A stretch of 63,785 nt of DNA, the filler included, from Lenisia limosa (taxonomy: Eukaryota > Protista > Breviatea): assembly GCA_001655205.1 (NCBI GenBank). It is 15 parts of 15 records of this genome, joined end to end, with 100 filler letters (N's around TTAATTAATTAA, not from the genome) between each part and the next. Parts side by side here need not be neighbours in the genome. Positions count along the whole stretch, not along the records: positions 1 to 17,826 come from LPNZ01004637.1; positions 17,927 to 19,468 come from LPNZ01001427.1; positions 19,569 to 20,885 come from LPNZ01003801.1; positions 20,986 to 23,286 come from LPNZ01009528.1; positions 23,387 to 30,269 come from LPNZ01011632.1; 10 more parts are not named here. One strand, 5' to 3'. Below are positions 12,737-23,617 of this stretch, piece by piece. Numbering within the stretch: the stretch's first letter is position 1; the number at the start of each line of letters is the position of its first letter. Under the pieces are notes generated by a model. That model did no database searches, was not told the origin of the DNA, and saw only the letters and a list, made by a program, of their open reading frames with translations. The position numbers and the translations under genes are program-made.

Positions 12737-15565
12737 ATGGAACTCTTGAAGGCTTCTCCTCCCATGATGATCTTGACTCTCTTCTGCCTGCTTTTGGTCT
12801 CATCTTCCCTTTCAATTCAACAAACGGATGATCTTCAGCCATATGAAGATGGAAAAGTGAGCCACCAGCCCTCACTGGAGGAGAACATATATCAATTCAT
12901 TTGTAACGTTAAGTCCCCTCGCCCACACCATCATTAACTCCCAAAGGAAGCACCACAATGGCATGAAGCAGTGAGCCGTCGCCATGCTGAGGAGGTGGCT
13001 CCGTATTCAGTGACACAAGGTTCTACAGGACCTGCGAAACTCGAAGGTTGGTTTGTTGGTGGTACTCTTCAAAATATAGTAAAGAATTTTTGATACCTTT
13101 TATATTGTGGGTGCTCAAAGAGCTATATTCATATAATTAAAAGCAAGCGGTGGCCTTTGAGAGTACATCCGTTGTCTTGTTTGACGTTCTAGTCCGACGG
13201 TTTATTGAGAACAGTATCTATGGGGCTGTTGAGGGCTACATGTCGTTCGTGTCGTCTCCTGCAGAAATGCTTGCGGTGAGGGTCTATTTATCTTGTTGGG
13301 AGGAAAGTATGTTTCTTTATAATTAATATTTCAATATCAATTCTGCTTACCCCGGATGTTGTGCTCATGTCTTAGTTCTACCCCCCTAAACAAGGATGTG
13401 TTGGTGTCCGTACTCAAACATCTGAAACTGCCACTTACCATAAGGTATGAATATCAAGATCCTCTCGGTGGTCCTGAATATACATTTCAACTATTCTTAA
13501 ATCGATATTTTAACTCATTTGATGTTCAGCACTGACCTGGAGAGGCCTTCATCATGTGTGTAGTGTTTTGTGGCGTCCAATGCAGGCTACTTCAATGCGT
13601 CACACACCGGCGACTGTATCGGCAACCTTGTTTCGGATGGCGATGAGGTCCTTTGGCAGAACAAGGTCAACGCAGGTTTGTAATGAGGGATGGGCAACAA
13701 CCATATCTCTTATAAGCGTGATGGTGTAGACCGCTTCGGCCAGATACAACCGTGTTTTTTTTTATTTCTCATTGCTATATGATATATACCACCCATTTGG
13801 ATTACATGCTGTCATTGAGTCTTTGGCGTTGACTTAACAGGATTCGGAGTCACGACCAATAACACCTTAATCACGGGCTACTTCAACAAAATGAAAGGCC
13901 ACGAAGCCCCGGTTTGTTGACGCCTACGAGAGTTGTTTGGGCTGATATACCAGGTCGGAACGGCAGTGGAGTCGTGGGACGGCAAATACCTTGGTGATGT
14001 TGTTCAGTCTATTACCGGAGTTATTTGGCTGGTCAAGGACGGGAAGGTGTTTGTTGATGAAAGCCAGGAGTGGGAGGACCTTTCCATCCAAGTATGCGGG
14101 GCACTGGAGCTCGGCAGCATTGCCTTTCAGGGACCACTGTTTTGGATGCGTTCTATATTTCATTATTTTACATCGCAGCAAACGGGGTCCAAGTTTTGTA
14201 CCATTCAATCTGCAAGAGCTGCACTTGGTATGAGGCTTTTCACTTTTCGTTGTATAACTTTCTTATCCTTGGATGTATCGATCCAATTTGTATTTACTAG
14301 TACAACTAATTCTTCACTCACGAATAGGACATGACAAGGATGGAAACGTAGTGCTCGCTCAGATTGATGGTGAAAGCTACAAGAGGGGTGTTAACCTCTA
14401 TGAGTTTGCCAAGGTGAGCTTGCGGCTTAACCAAACGGGCTATTTACAGCATTGACCCTTCAGATCCTTGTATCACGTGGAGTTGTGAGTGCGATTAACC
14501 TTGACGGTGGTGGTTCAGCCACAACGGTGAACTGGGCAATGATTTGTCTGATTAGCCCGCTTCAAGAAATTGGTTCTAACTGCTTAGGTCAAGAATGGCG
14601 AGGTTGTCAATTTCGTGTCAGACAAATGCGACGATGATCATTTCTTTAGGTACAACGGGAGAATGTTCAACAAAATAGTATCATCTCAAAAGCAGTCACT
14701 TATCAAGTGTTTTCACGACATCTAATATTTTGACAGATGTGAGAGACCTGTTACTTCGATTGTTTGTATCAGGGACCCTCCCTGCACCCCGGAGTGTGTG
14801 AACGGAGCTTGTATCAAGTAAGCATTGGGGAATATTGGATTCCTAATTTCACAGTGGTATTTGTAAATGCAATGACGGCTTCCATGGAAATGAATGTGCC
14901 AAGAGATCAGACCCCTGCATTGCTGCCAGGTTTGTTGTGTGGCTGTTGAACTGGAAATGACGTTAATAGCTGCCCCAGAAACGCCACATGTCACGTGTCC
15001 AATGGCATGGCTGTTTGCTCTTGTCCCGTGTCTGGCGATCCCTTTTCGGTCTGTTCTCCAATAAGACGATAGCACATTAATATGACAGTAGTTTCATTTT
15101 GAAAATGGACTGATTTTGGGCAACCCCCCCCCCCTTATTTTTGCTTCTTTTGTACTTATACCCAAAATCAGCGAAGCATGGCAGTTTTATTTACCCTTGT
15201 AGAAGGAAGGTTGTACCGATAAGACTGAAATTAAGTTGGAACAGACCAAACAATCGTGGGTGTTCCCATTGTCGTTCTCCTCTCACGCTTTCAGACTGGT
15301 GACCAGTATTGTGGTTTATGTCATCCCCGCCTCTGTTTTCACTGCCCTGTCCATGATGGGGTGGAAGTGGTTCTCGCAAAAGCGACAGGCAAACCAGTTT
15401 TACAGATATCAGCAAGTAAGCATGCACTTTATGGCTATGTTTTTATCCTGTTTGTTGGATGCAGTAGTAATATCATTTTTCACCCCTTTCCCCTAGGTTG
15501 CTGGCAATTCAATACAGTATCTCCAGGAAGATTCCACAGATGAAGAAGAACAAGTATCGGTCTGA
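12737..15565 (+). CDS. NAGPA: N-acetylglucosamine-1-phosphodiester alpha-N-acetylglucosaminidase (uncovering enzyme), type I membrane protein with EGF repeats
   Basis: Signal peptide; CFVASNAGYFN..GDCIGNLVSD, QSITGVIWLVKDGKVFV, SARAALGHDKDG, GVNLYEFAK, AINLDGGGSATTV, CERPVTSIVCI; then Cys-rich EGF-like exons, a TM segment and tail FYRYQQV...DEEEQVSV*. Confidence 0.9.
13705..13782 (+). repeat. Family D intronic repeat with GGC-TTCG-GCC hairpin
   Basis: CTTATAAGCGTGATGGTGTAGACCGCTTCGGCCAGATACAACC.TGTTTT..ATTTCTCATTGCTATA. Copies at 3252(+), 20520(+, degenerate), 21065(-), 36045(-), 38150(-), 45318(+), 61775(+) and 63632(-). Confidence 0.8.
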
Positions 15566-15725
15566 TGAAAAACACAGCACTTTCTGCGGCCGCATTCACT
15601 CCATGGATCCCTTATCTCGTTGATATTGTTTTGTTGAGAGTTTTGGAAATAATCAATAAAAGAACGATTGGACCTGTATTGTACAAAAAACAGTTAGAAC
15701 TAAACAGAAAATAGAATTAGACGAC

Positions 15726-17826
15726 CTAATCAGACAGCTCATCATCATTGTCATTGTCATCATGTTGTTCTGGAAAGGGAAAAATGAGGATGANNNNNNN
15801 NNNNNNNNNNNNNNNNNNNNNNNNNNNNNNNNNNNNNNNNNNNNNNNNNNNNNNNNNNNNNNNNNNNNNNNNNNNNNNNNNNNNNNNNAACAGAATATCG
15901 TGAAGAGCCATATCCACAGTGACACGGCCCTTTTCCACCAAAGTGGCCAGACCCTCGCTGATGTCGGGGTATCTACAGGATGACAAGTTTGATCGGGTAA
16001 AAAAAAAACCCAAAAGGTGCCCTGATATAAACGTCATTGCGTACCTGGTAACAATATCGATGGCCTGAGGGGGAGGAAGCATTTGAACGGTCGAGAAGGA
16101 GTCGGGAGTAGTTGCCTTGATTGTTCGCGCGAAACCCTCCCAAAGATGTGTAGTGTTGTAGAGAGCGGGAGTCATGATGTTGGGGAGGATGGAATGCACA
16201 ATGAAACGACCGAGACCCGGGCACAGAGAGATGGACTGCAGAACCTGAATGTGTCAAATAAAGCTAAAGGGAATGGAAAACTGAATTGTCACTGTCTGCA
16301 ATAGTAGCCAAGTACACAACTTTATGCACTGAAAGACAAAAGTAACTTCCACAGGCGAAACTCACCGTTCTGAAGAAGAGGTGAGGGATGGACTCCTCCC
16401 GAGCCAGCTTCTGGATGACCTTGGCCAGCACCTCTCGCGTGGCAACTGCTCGGTTCTCGAGGAATGCGGATGTTCCTGGGAGATTTACGAAATAATAACA
16501 CTCTTAGAAGTGGAGCCAAATGACAAACCTTCCGTGAGCTTCTTGAGAGAGAGGTTGGGAAGTGTGTGGTCGATTTTGTGAATAGTGACCTGAAGGGGGG
16601 GGGGTGAGTACAGAAGGATAACTTGTAGGCCATATGATATAGTACACTAAGACAAAGATAAAGAAATGAGATTGTACGAAGAGGATCCCTCGGCTCACGA
16701 GAAGTTCGACAGGTGACATAAAGTCGAGGGTTGGAGGGGCGTCACCGGGCCGGGTCCGACGTTCGCTCAGAAGGGCCCTAATACCCGCTCTGATGACCGG
16801 GCCGGGCAGGGTGAACATGTCGGGAAGGAATGTTGCAAGGTCGGCCTGGTTGGTGAAGAGGCGACGAGAAGGCGGGAGCAAACCTTTGACAGAGCAGCAA
16901 TGACGGGGACCAGGAAACGGGGGTCGTTTCGAGTCTGTCTCAACTCGCGAGCCACATCGGTGACCTCTGTAGGGGGGNNNNNNNNNNNNNNNNNNNNNNN
17001 NNNNNNNNNNNNNNNNNNNNNNNNNNNNNNNNNNNNNNNNNNNNNNNNNNNNNNNNNNNNNNNNNNNNNNNNNNNNNNNNNNNNNNNNNNNNNNNNNNNN
17101 NNNNGCTTTGCTACGATCCCAAAAAAAGACGGAATGTCTCGATAAATCCTCGATAAATGTCGATATTCTACTGGTCTTTTTCGGACCGTAGGGAAGCCCT
17201 AATTACAAGTGTTTAAAAGAGAGAGAAAAAAAAAAAAGGNNNNNNNNNNNNNNNNNNNNNNNNNNNNNNNNNNNNNNNNNNNNNNNNNNNNNNNNNNNNN
17301 NNNNNNNNNNNNNNNNNNNNNNNNNNNNNNNNNNNNNNNNNNNNNNNNNNNNNNNNNNNNNNNNNNNNNNNNNNNNNNNNNNNNNNNNNNNNNNNNNNNN
17401 NNNNNNNNNNNNNNNNNNNNNNNNNNNNNNNNNNNNNNNNNNNNNNNNNNNNNNNNNNNNNNNNNNNNNNNNNNNNNNNNNNNNNNNNNNNNNNNNNNNN
17501 NNNNNNNNNNNNNNNNNNNNNNNNNNNNNNNNNNNNTGAGAACAACAAAACAAAGTTAATAGGAAATTTTTTTTAAAAAAAGTCACCCTCAAGCCCCCCA
17601 GGCAAGTCGTCACCACTCCAACGTACAATACTACATACAACATATCATATACAAAACTGTATAAAAAAAAACCAACATCCACGCCAGTCCTAGTCATCCA
17701 AACCGAACCCACCTTCTGGGCAATGTACGATCTGGCAAGTGACAGGACAGCGCGTTTGGCCTCGAGCTGGGCCAGAGGGAAGGCCTCAAACAGCCTCGGC
17801 AGCAGGGGCGGCACTCTACGGCAGAG
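15726..17826 (-). CDS. SYMPK: Symplekin C-terminal region, 5'-partial
   Basis: DPRFLVPVIAALSK|ADLATFLPDMF, MSPVELL, LAKVIQKL...PHLFFRTVLQSISLCPGL, HLWEGFARTIKATTPDSF..QMLPPPQ; collinear with Symplekin_C motifs. Confidence 0.85.
17105..17201. mobile_element. hAT-type MITE family A (subfamily A2)
   Basis: About 95 bp, right TIR CGGACCGTAGGGAAGCCCTA, core CTCGATAAATCCTCGATAAAT.TCGATATT; left end lies in a gap. Confidence 0.8.
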
Positions 17827-17926
17827 NNNNNNNNNNNNNNNNNNNNNNNNNNNNNNNNNNNNNNNNNNNNTTAATTAATTAANNNNNNNNNNNNNNNNNN
17901 NNNNNNNNNNNNNNNNNNNNNNNNNN
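17827..17926. other. Artificial scaffold-concatenation spacer (N44-TTAATTAATTAA-N44), first of 14
   Basis: Identical 12-mer with stops in all six frames, always inside N runs, at 17871, 19513, 20930, 23331, 30314, 31719, 37198, 40475, 42356, 45939, 48589, 55107, 61014 and 62561. Confidence 0.97.
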
Positions 17927-17934
17927 CCCCCCAA

Positions 17935-18860
17935 CCTTTTTAGCAACTGGCTTGTTCAAGGGCACAGAAGGGCTCTGTTTTACCACCTACAAGGTTATTT
18001 TCAATCTTTGATCGTTATTTCCAATCCTTGGTTGGAGGGCTTCACTTTAGTTCGAAAAAAGACTGAATTTCTCGATAAATATTCCAAAAATATCGATATT
18101 TTACCGGTATTTTTCAAACCGAAGTGAAGAACTACTTGGTCGTTATTTTTAATCCTTGGTCGTTATTTTTAATCCTTGGTCGTTATTATCATTTGGTTAA
18201 TGGGGCTGAATTCTCGATAAATATTTCCCTCTCCCATATGTCTTTCACATTTTCCTGTTTAAAGCAGGGTTTCAAATGAAGTTGCCTCGGATAGCAGTTT
18301 ATCGAAGAATAGGCCTTCCTTGGAGTGATTTATGTTTATTATTCTATTATTATTTTGTATTGAAAATGAATCTAACGTCGATTTTGAGAAAGGAGTGAAA
18401 AGGTAAAAGAGGCGTGATTCACGTCCAATATGACGCGCAGTAAAGAATTGCGTGCCTCGGATATCCCAGACAACTTGCCCATTTGAAACCTTGCTTTAAG
18501 ATCCCATTAATCTTCTGACACGCCCCCTTACAGGAGGAACCACCACCACAGGGCTGGCCTTGGGCAAGGCTTTCTTGGGAGCTTCTGGCTTTGGCTAAAC
18601 AATGAGGAAAGCAAGCATATAAGAAAAAGAAAAAAAAAAAAAAAAAANNNNNNNNNNNNNNNNNNNNNNNNNNNNNNNNNNNNNNNNNNNNNNNNNNNNN
18701 NNNNNNNNNNNNNNNNNNNNNNNNNNNNNNNNNNNNNNNGTGAAGCCCTTTGGCAAACTAAATGGCGAATCTCTTCCAGTCCCCTATTTTGTCTTCTTCT
18801 TCATTCTAACATAAAAACAAAAACCTGATCTCCTCTATTCCCATTTTCACACCTGAGAAG
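17935..18860 (-). CDS. Multi-exon gene fragment, unknown product
   Basis: Exons with good splice signals: PKPEAPKKALPKASPVVVVPP | VSNGQVVWDIRGTQFFTARHILD (weakly BTB-like) and VVKQSPSVPLNKPVAKK. Connectivity is uncertain. Confidence 0.35.
17995..18190 (+). repeat. 21-bp minisatellite (TCGTTATTTTTAATCCTTGG-type), about 5 units, split by a MITE
   Basis: Two degenerate units before 18035 and about three after 18135. Confidence 0.7.
18035..18131. mobile_element. hAT-type MITE family A (A1), inserted into a 21-bp minisatellite
   Basis: AGGGCTTCACTTTAGTTCGAAAAAAGAC...CCGAAGTGAAG. Confidence 0.8.
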
Positions 18861-19570
18861 GCGGCGAAATCGGTCGGATCGGTCCGGCGGCTACATGCGT
18901 AATCAATGCAAAAAAACGTCAATAATTAATGCTAATAACTGTCAATAATAAAGTATGTCAATATTTTTGAAATGTCCGTTATCAATCTTTCCAATAGAAA
19001 AGAAGTCATGAATTTAGTGCTGTTTAAAACTGTCACCAAAGTCAAATTTAATTATACAGGCTAGCATTAATTATTGAAATATAAATAAAAAACTGTAATT
19101 ATTGAAGAAACACAATTAATTATTGAAGAAATCGCAATAATTATTGAGATAAAACAGCATTAATAATGGAGCTATGTTAATAATTGACAACTAATTTGAA
19201 AACTAGGATTGACATCTTCTTTTTTATTGGCAGTTTAAAACATCGATACCTTTAAATATTCATACATAGGCACACAAATACTATTAATAAATATCTTGTA
19301 ATACGCACAACCACATGGGGACTATTGAAGAGCAGGAAAACAAACTAATAAAACCTAGGGAAGAAATAAAGATCATGCAATATTAACTTGAAAGCAAAAG
19401 CCAAACTCACTTTTTGGGGTCTTTGTGGGGATGGTGGTTGAGGGCTGTTCATCCTAAAAAGTCAGAATNNNNNNNNNNNNNNNNNNNNNNNNNNNNNNNN
19501 NNNNNNNNNNNNTTAATTAATTAANNNNNNNNNNNNNNNNNNNNNNNNNNNNNNNNNNNNNNNNNNNNTT

Positions 19571-20800
19571 CCAAACTGCTGACGAGTATCAAAAAGTAGA
19601 GACCGGACTTTTGGAGGTGGAGGCCAATCTTTCGGGTGGGGGGGGGGGTAAATTTCTCGATAAATCCTCGATAAACATCGATGTTTTACAAGTCTTTTTC
19701 GGAACGTATGGAAGCCCTAAATATAACTACCCAGGGCTGCGAACACACATGCAAAGCCTAGTATCGTATACCTCGCACCAAGTTGCCAAATGGGGACCGC
19801 AGATTTCAGATACGTCCGCTCCGACACCCGAAGTAGGCGGCGGGGGGGGGGGGGGCNNNNNNNNNNNNNNNNNNNNNNNNNNNNNNNNNNNNNNNNNNNN
19901 NNNNNNNNNNNNNNNNNNNNNNNNNNNNNNNNNNNNNNNNNNNNNNNNNNNNNNNNNNNNNNNNNNNNNNNNNNNNNNNNNNNNNNNNNNNNNNNNNNNN
20001 NNNNNNNNNNNNNNNNNNNNNNNNNNNNNNNNNNNNNNNNNNNNNNNNNNNNNNNNNNNNNNNNNNNNNNNNNNNNNNNNNNNNNNNNNNNNNNNNNNNN
20101 NNNNNNNNNNNNNNTTTAATTTTCCAACTTTACTCCCCTTCACCGCCACGCGCAGTTATTTGCGTCGGTTGCGCGGACGCTCCAGGTTCGCGCTAACCAG
20201 CTGACTCTGGAAACTCAGTCCACCTCGGATACTCTGGCCAAACTATCTGAAGCTTTGGATCGTATAGGGGGTGTTATGTATTGTGTGTAGGGCTTCACTT
20301 CGATTCGGGGAAAATCCGATATATCGATAGTTTTCGAGGATTATGGAGAAATTCAGTCTTTATTTTCAAACCGAAGTGAAGCCCTAATAGTGGGGTAACG
20401 AAACTCATATAACAAAACATCCTACAAATTATTATTAATTCAGGGACAAAAGTTGCTGGTGCTCCTGAGGTCCTGACTGAAACGCTTCAAAGAAAAGAGA
20501 ACGAGCTCGAAGCCAGGTATAATGGCTGTCTATAACCTTTTTTTTTTCTCATTGCTATACGTTATGTATAGTTTACTGTTCGTTTTCTTACCTGAGTGAA
20601 GCCCTAATTGTATGTGTTGTGATGGGCTGGTTTTTAAAATGTTTTTTTCAATGGAGACCTTAGAACTTTTTTGGATCAATATCTTTACAACTGATGTTGC
20701 TAATGTAGTCTGGAGAGAGCACATGATCGGTTGATCTGTTGTGAAGCCGAAATCGCCGCGGTTACCGCTCTGATTGACTCTGAATCTATATCATCCATGG
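19571..20800 (+). CDS. Coiled-coil protein fragment, unknown product
   Basis: Exons LFASVARTLQVRANQLTLETQSTSDTLAKLSEALD, TKVAGAPEVLTETLQRKENELEAR, LERAHDRLICCEAEIAA with GT-AG boundaries. Confidence 0.45.
20288..20386. mobile_element. hAT-type MITE family A (A1)
   Basis: TIRs TAGGGCTTCACTTCG / CGAAGTGAAGCCCTA; degenerate TSD ATTGTGTG / ATAGTGGG. Confidence 0.85.
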
Positions 20801-21001
20801 TGGGGGGTCTATATTGTGTCTTTGGAGGAAGGGTTTTTTTCTTCGCGTGCCAAATAAAGGATAGCATCACCCCCCCCCCCTTCGCNNNNNNNNNNNNNNN
20901 NNNNNNNNNNNNNNNNNNNNNNNNNNNNNTTAATTAATTAANNNNNNNNNNNNNNNNNNNNNNNNNNNNNNNNNNNNNNNNNNNNACCCCATTATCCCCC
21001 A

Positions 21002-22703
21002 GCTCTTTTTGGTGGAGGCTGAGACCTTCTCACACGAGAGCGCAACGTTAATTAATTCGTAAGTGGGAGATAAACAAAACAAGGTTGTATCTGGCCGAAG
21101 TCGCCCACGCCATCACGCTTATAAACGAGATATTGGATTATAATCTGGCCAAAGCCTTTGTTTTTTTTTTTTGGAGGGGAGGGGGGGGGGGGGGGNNNNN
21201 NNNNNNNNNNNNNNNNNNNNNNNNNNNNNNNNNNNNNNNNNNNNNNNNNNNNNNNNNNNNNNNNNNNNNNNNNNNNNNNNNNNNNNNNNNNNNNNNNNNN
21301 NNNNNNNNNNNNNNNNNNNNNNNNNNNNNNNNNNNNNNNNNNNNNNNNNNNNNNNNNNNNNNNNNNNNNNNNNNNNNNNNNNNNNNNNNNNNNNNNNNNN
21401 NNNNNAAGCCCAATTGTCACCAAATTTACCCCGGAAATCCAAGTACGCTGCAATGGGTTATAACAGGCTGTGCTGGATGGGTAAACCCTTTGTTTCCTCG
21501 ACTGGGCTTTAATCCCTTGATTATAATCACTCCACTTCTTTCCTCCCCAGGTCCATCGTATTTCTCCCAGTTTATCCTATCTTCCTCTTCACCTAGTATA
21601 TTCCACGCGTCTGCCTGTTGATCTAATTTCCCCTAGTATATTCCACGCATCTGCCTCTTGGACTCATCGGTGACAATGGCGCTTACTGACAACTCCGCGT
21701 GTATCTCATACGACGAGTTTAGGNNNNNNNNNNNNNNNNNNNNNNNNNNNNNNNNNNNNNNNNNNNNNNNNNCCCCTTGACTGAACCGAAAATCGAGGGC
21801 AAGTTTGACTTGTTGGAAGGGGTAGTTGATCTATCATAGTTGCTTCTGTTCATTCCTTACCATGAATAATCCCCTTTTTCAATTTGAACAGTTGATGCAC
21901 AATTAATCCTCAAACCCCCCTCACCCACCCCCTTCATTTTTTGAGTAATTGATCCCATAGACAGTTTTCAAATTAGTTTTCAAATATTTCGTAATTTTTT
22001 GAAAATTGATTTCAGCTGAAAATGGAAGAAGAAATGTCAGAACATTTTATTATTTGAAACTTCAAACTGTCTTATAATTATGTGAATATATTACACGCTG
22101 GAGTGATGGGATGCGGTGATGTAGAAGCGACTGGCCTGGNNNNNNNNNNNNNNNNNNNNNNNNNNNNNNNNNNNNNNNNNNNNNNNNNNNNNNNNNNNNN
22201 NNNNNNNNNNNNNCATATCAGAGGTTTTTATTTGTCATACGTTTTCCAGTTTTACACCCCCAGAACGGCGGCGCTGGGAGTGCCGTTCTCCACGCAGCCG
22301 AGCTTCACGTTCTCCCCGGACCACCCGCTCACTAATGTCGAAATTGAGGCGGTCGTTGTTGGCAAAGAAGACTCGGGTGGGAGGAGTAGGTATTGAGATA
22401 CAATTAGGGCTTCTCTGAGATCCCAAAATAGACTGAATCTCCCGATAAATCCTCGATAAATATCGATATTTGTCCAGTCTTTTTCGGACCGTAGGGAAGT
22501 CCTTGAGGAGGGCGTTCATTGAGGTTCACTATTACTCCATTTGCCCTCCTCTTGAGAACCAGATATAGAAACGCTCTAACTTGATTTTGGGCTTTTTTTT
22601 GTTGTTTCATAAATTTTGTTTTACTCCTAACTAGGTCTTCTCTACGGAAACGTCCTCTCCAGTACCAAGTCTACTACCCATGGCTCCGTCTTGACTTTTG
22701 AGG
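21002..22703 (+). CDS. Multi-exon gene fragment, probably a large extracellular beta-rich protein
   Basis: Exons 22264-22376 (AALGVPFSTQPSFTFSPDHPLTNVEIEAVVVGKEDS) and 22635-22703 (GLLYGNVLSSTKSTTHGSVLTFE) are phase-consistent; a further exon starts at 21637. Confidence 0.45.
22124..22263 (+). repeat. Family B repeat ending at a 3' splice site (middle lies in a gap)
   Basis: Starts GAAGCGACTGGCCTGG and ends TTTTCCAGTTTTACACCCCCAG|exon. More + copies at 20115-20156, 22585-22634, 22826-22917, 30196-30269, 43454-43553 and 62470-62516. Confidence 0.75.
22405..22504. mobile_element. hAT-type MITE family A (A2)
   Basis: TAGGGCTTCTCTGAGATCCC...CGGACCGTAGGGAAGTCCT. Confidence 0.8.
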
Positions 22704-23074
22704 TAATTTTTTTGATACCATGACGGGGATATGTCTTGACCGATTTGCTCTCTGATTTTTCAAAAAACGGGTTTTTGTTATTTCAGTAATATTCATCCTC
22801 TCCTTTTGTTTCATTTTTCATTTTTACCCAACCCTCGTGTTGTGTCAGCCAACAGAGTTGATTAGGGCTGGTTTTTTTTGTGTTTCATAAATTTTCCAAT
22901 TTCACCCCCCCCCCCCCNNNNNNNNNNNNNNNNNNNNNNNNNNNNNNNNNNNNNNNNNNNNNNNNNNNNNNNNNNNNNNNNNNNNNNNNNNNNNNNNNNN
23001 NNNNNNNNNNNNNGCTTTTAAGTGGCGCGGCTCCTCCGGGGGGGCTAAGGTGGGGAGGTGGTAAGTGCAATAAT

Positions 23075-23167
23075 TAGGGCTTCCCCACGGTCGAAAAGAC
23101 CGGTAAAATATCGGTATTGAGGATTTATCGAGAAATTCGTCTTTTTTGGGAACTTTGGTAAGCCCTA
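23075..23167. mobile_element. hAT-type MITE family A (A2)
   Basis: TAGGGCTTCCCCACGGTCG...GGTAAGCCCTA; TSD GCAATAAT / GTAATAAT. Confidence 0.85.
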
Positions 23168-23617
23168 GTAATAATGGATAATGGGGGTGGGTTGTGCTTA
23201 ATCAAAAGTAAGTTGTGCAGCACTCGCCCCTCACTTACCCCCTAGTTTTACATGGGACAAACGATGACCGTTACACTGAGCATTGANNNNNNNNNNNNNN
23301 NNNNNNNNNNNNNNNNNNNNNNNNNNNNNNTTAATTAATTAANNNNNNNNNNNNNNNNNNNNNNNNNNNNNNNNNNNNNNNNNNNNCAAAAAGAAATAAG
23401 CAAAAAAAATAAATAATAAAAAAATAATAGTAAGAAATAACAACAGAAAAAAAAAAGAAAGAAAAAAAATATTTGCTCCCCAAGGTCTATTATGTCCAAT
23501 TTTGTTGGAAATCCTCAACTTGAATAAACATTTCTAAAACAATTTTAACAAATTTCGGAGATATTTCTTTCCCACCATCTTTCTCACCCCCTTATTCACC
23601 CTCTCCCCCCCAGCCAC

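Noticed and set aside
18270-18325. GC-AG intron after a BTB-like exon
   Set aside because: Exon status is uncertain and the neighbouring exons can be joined without it.
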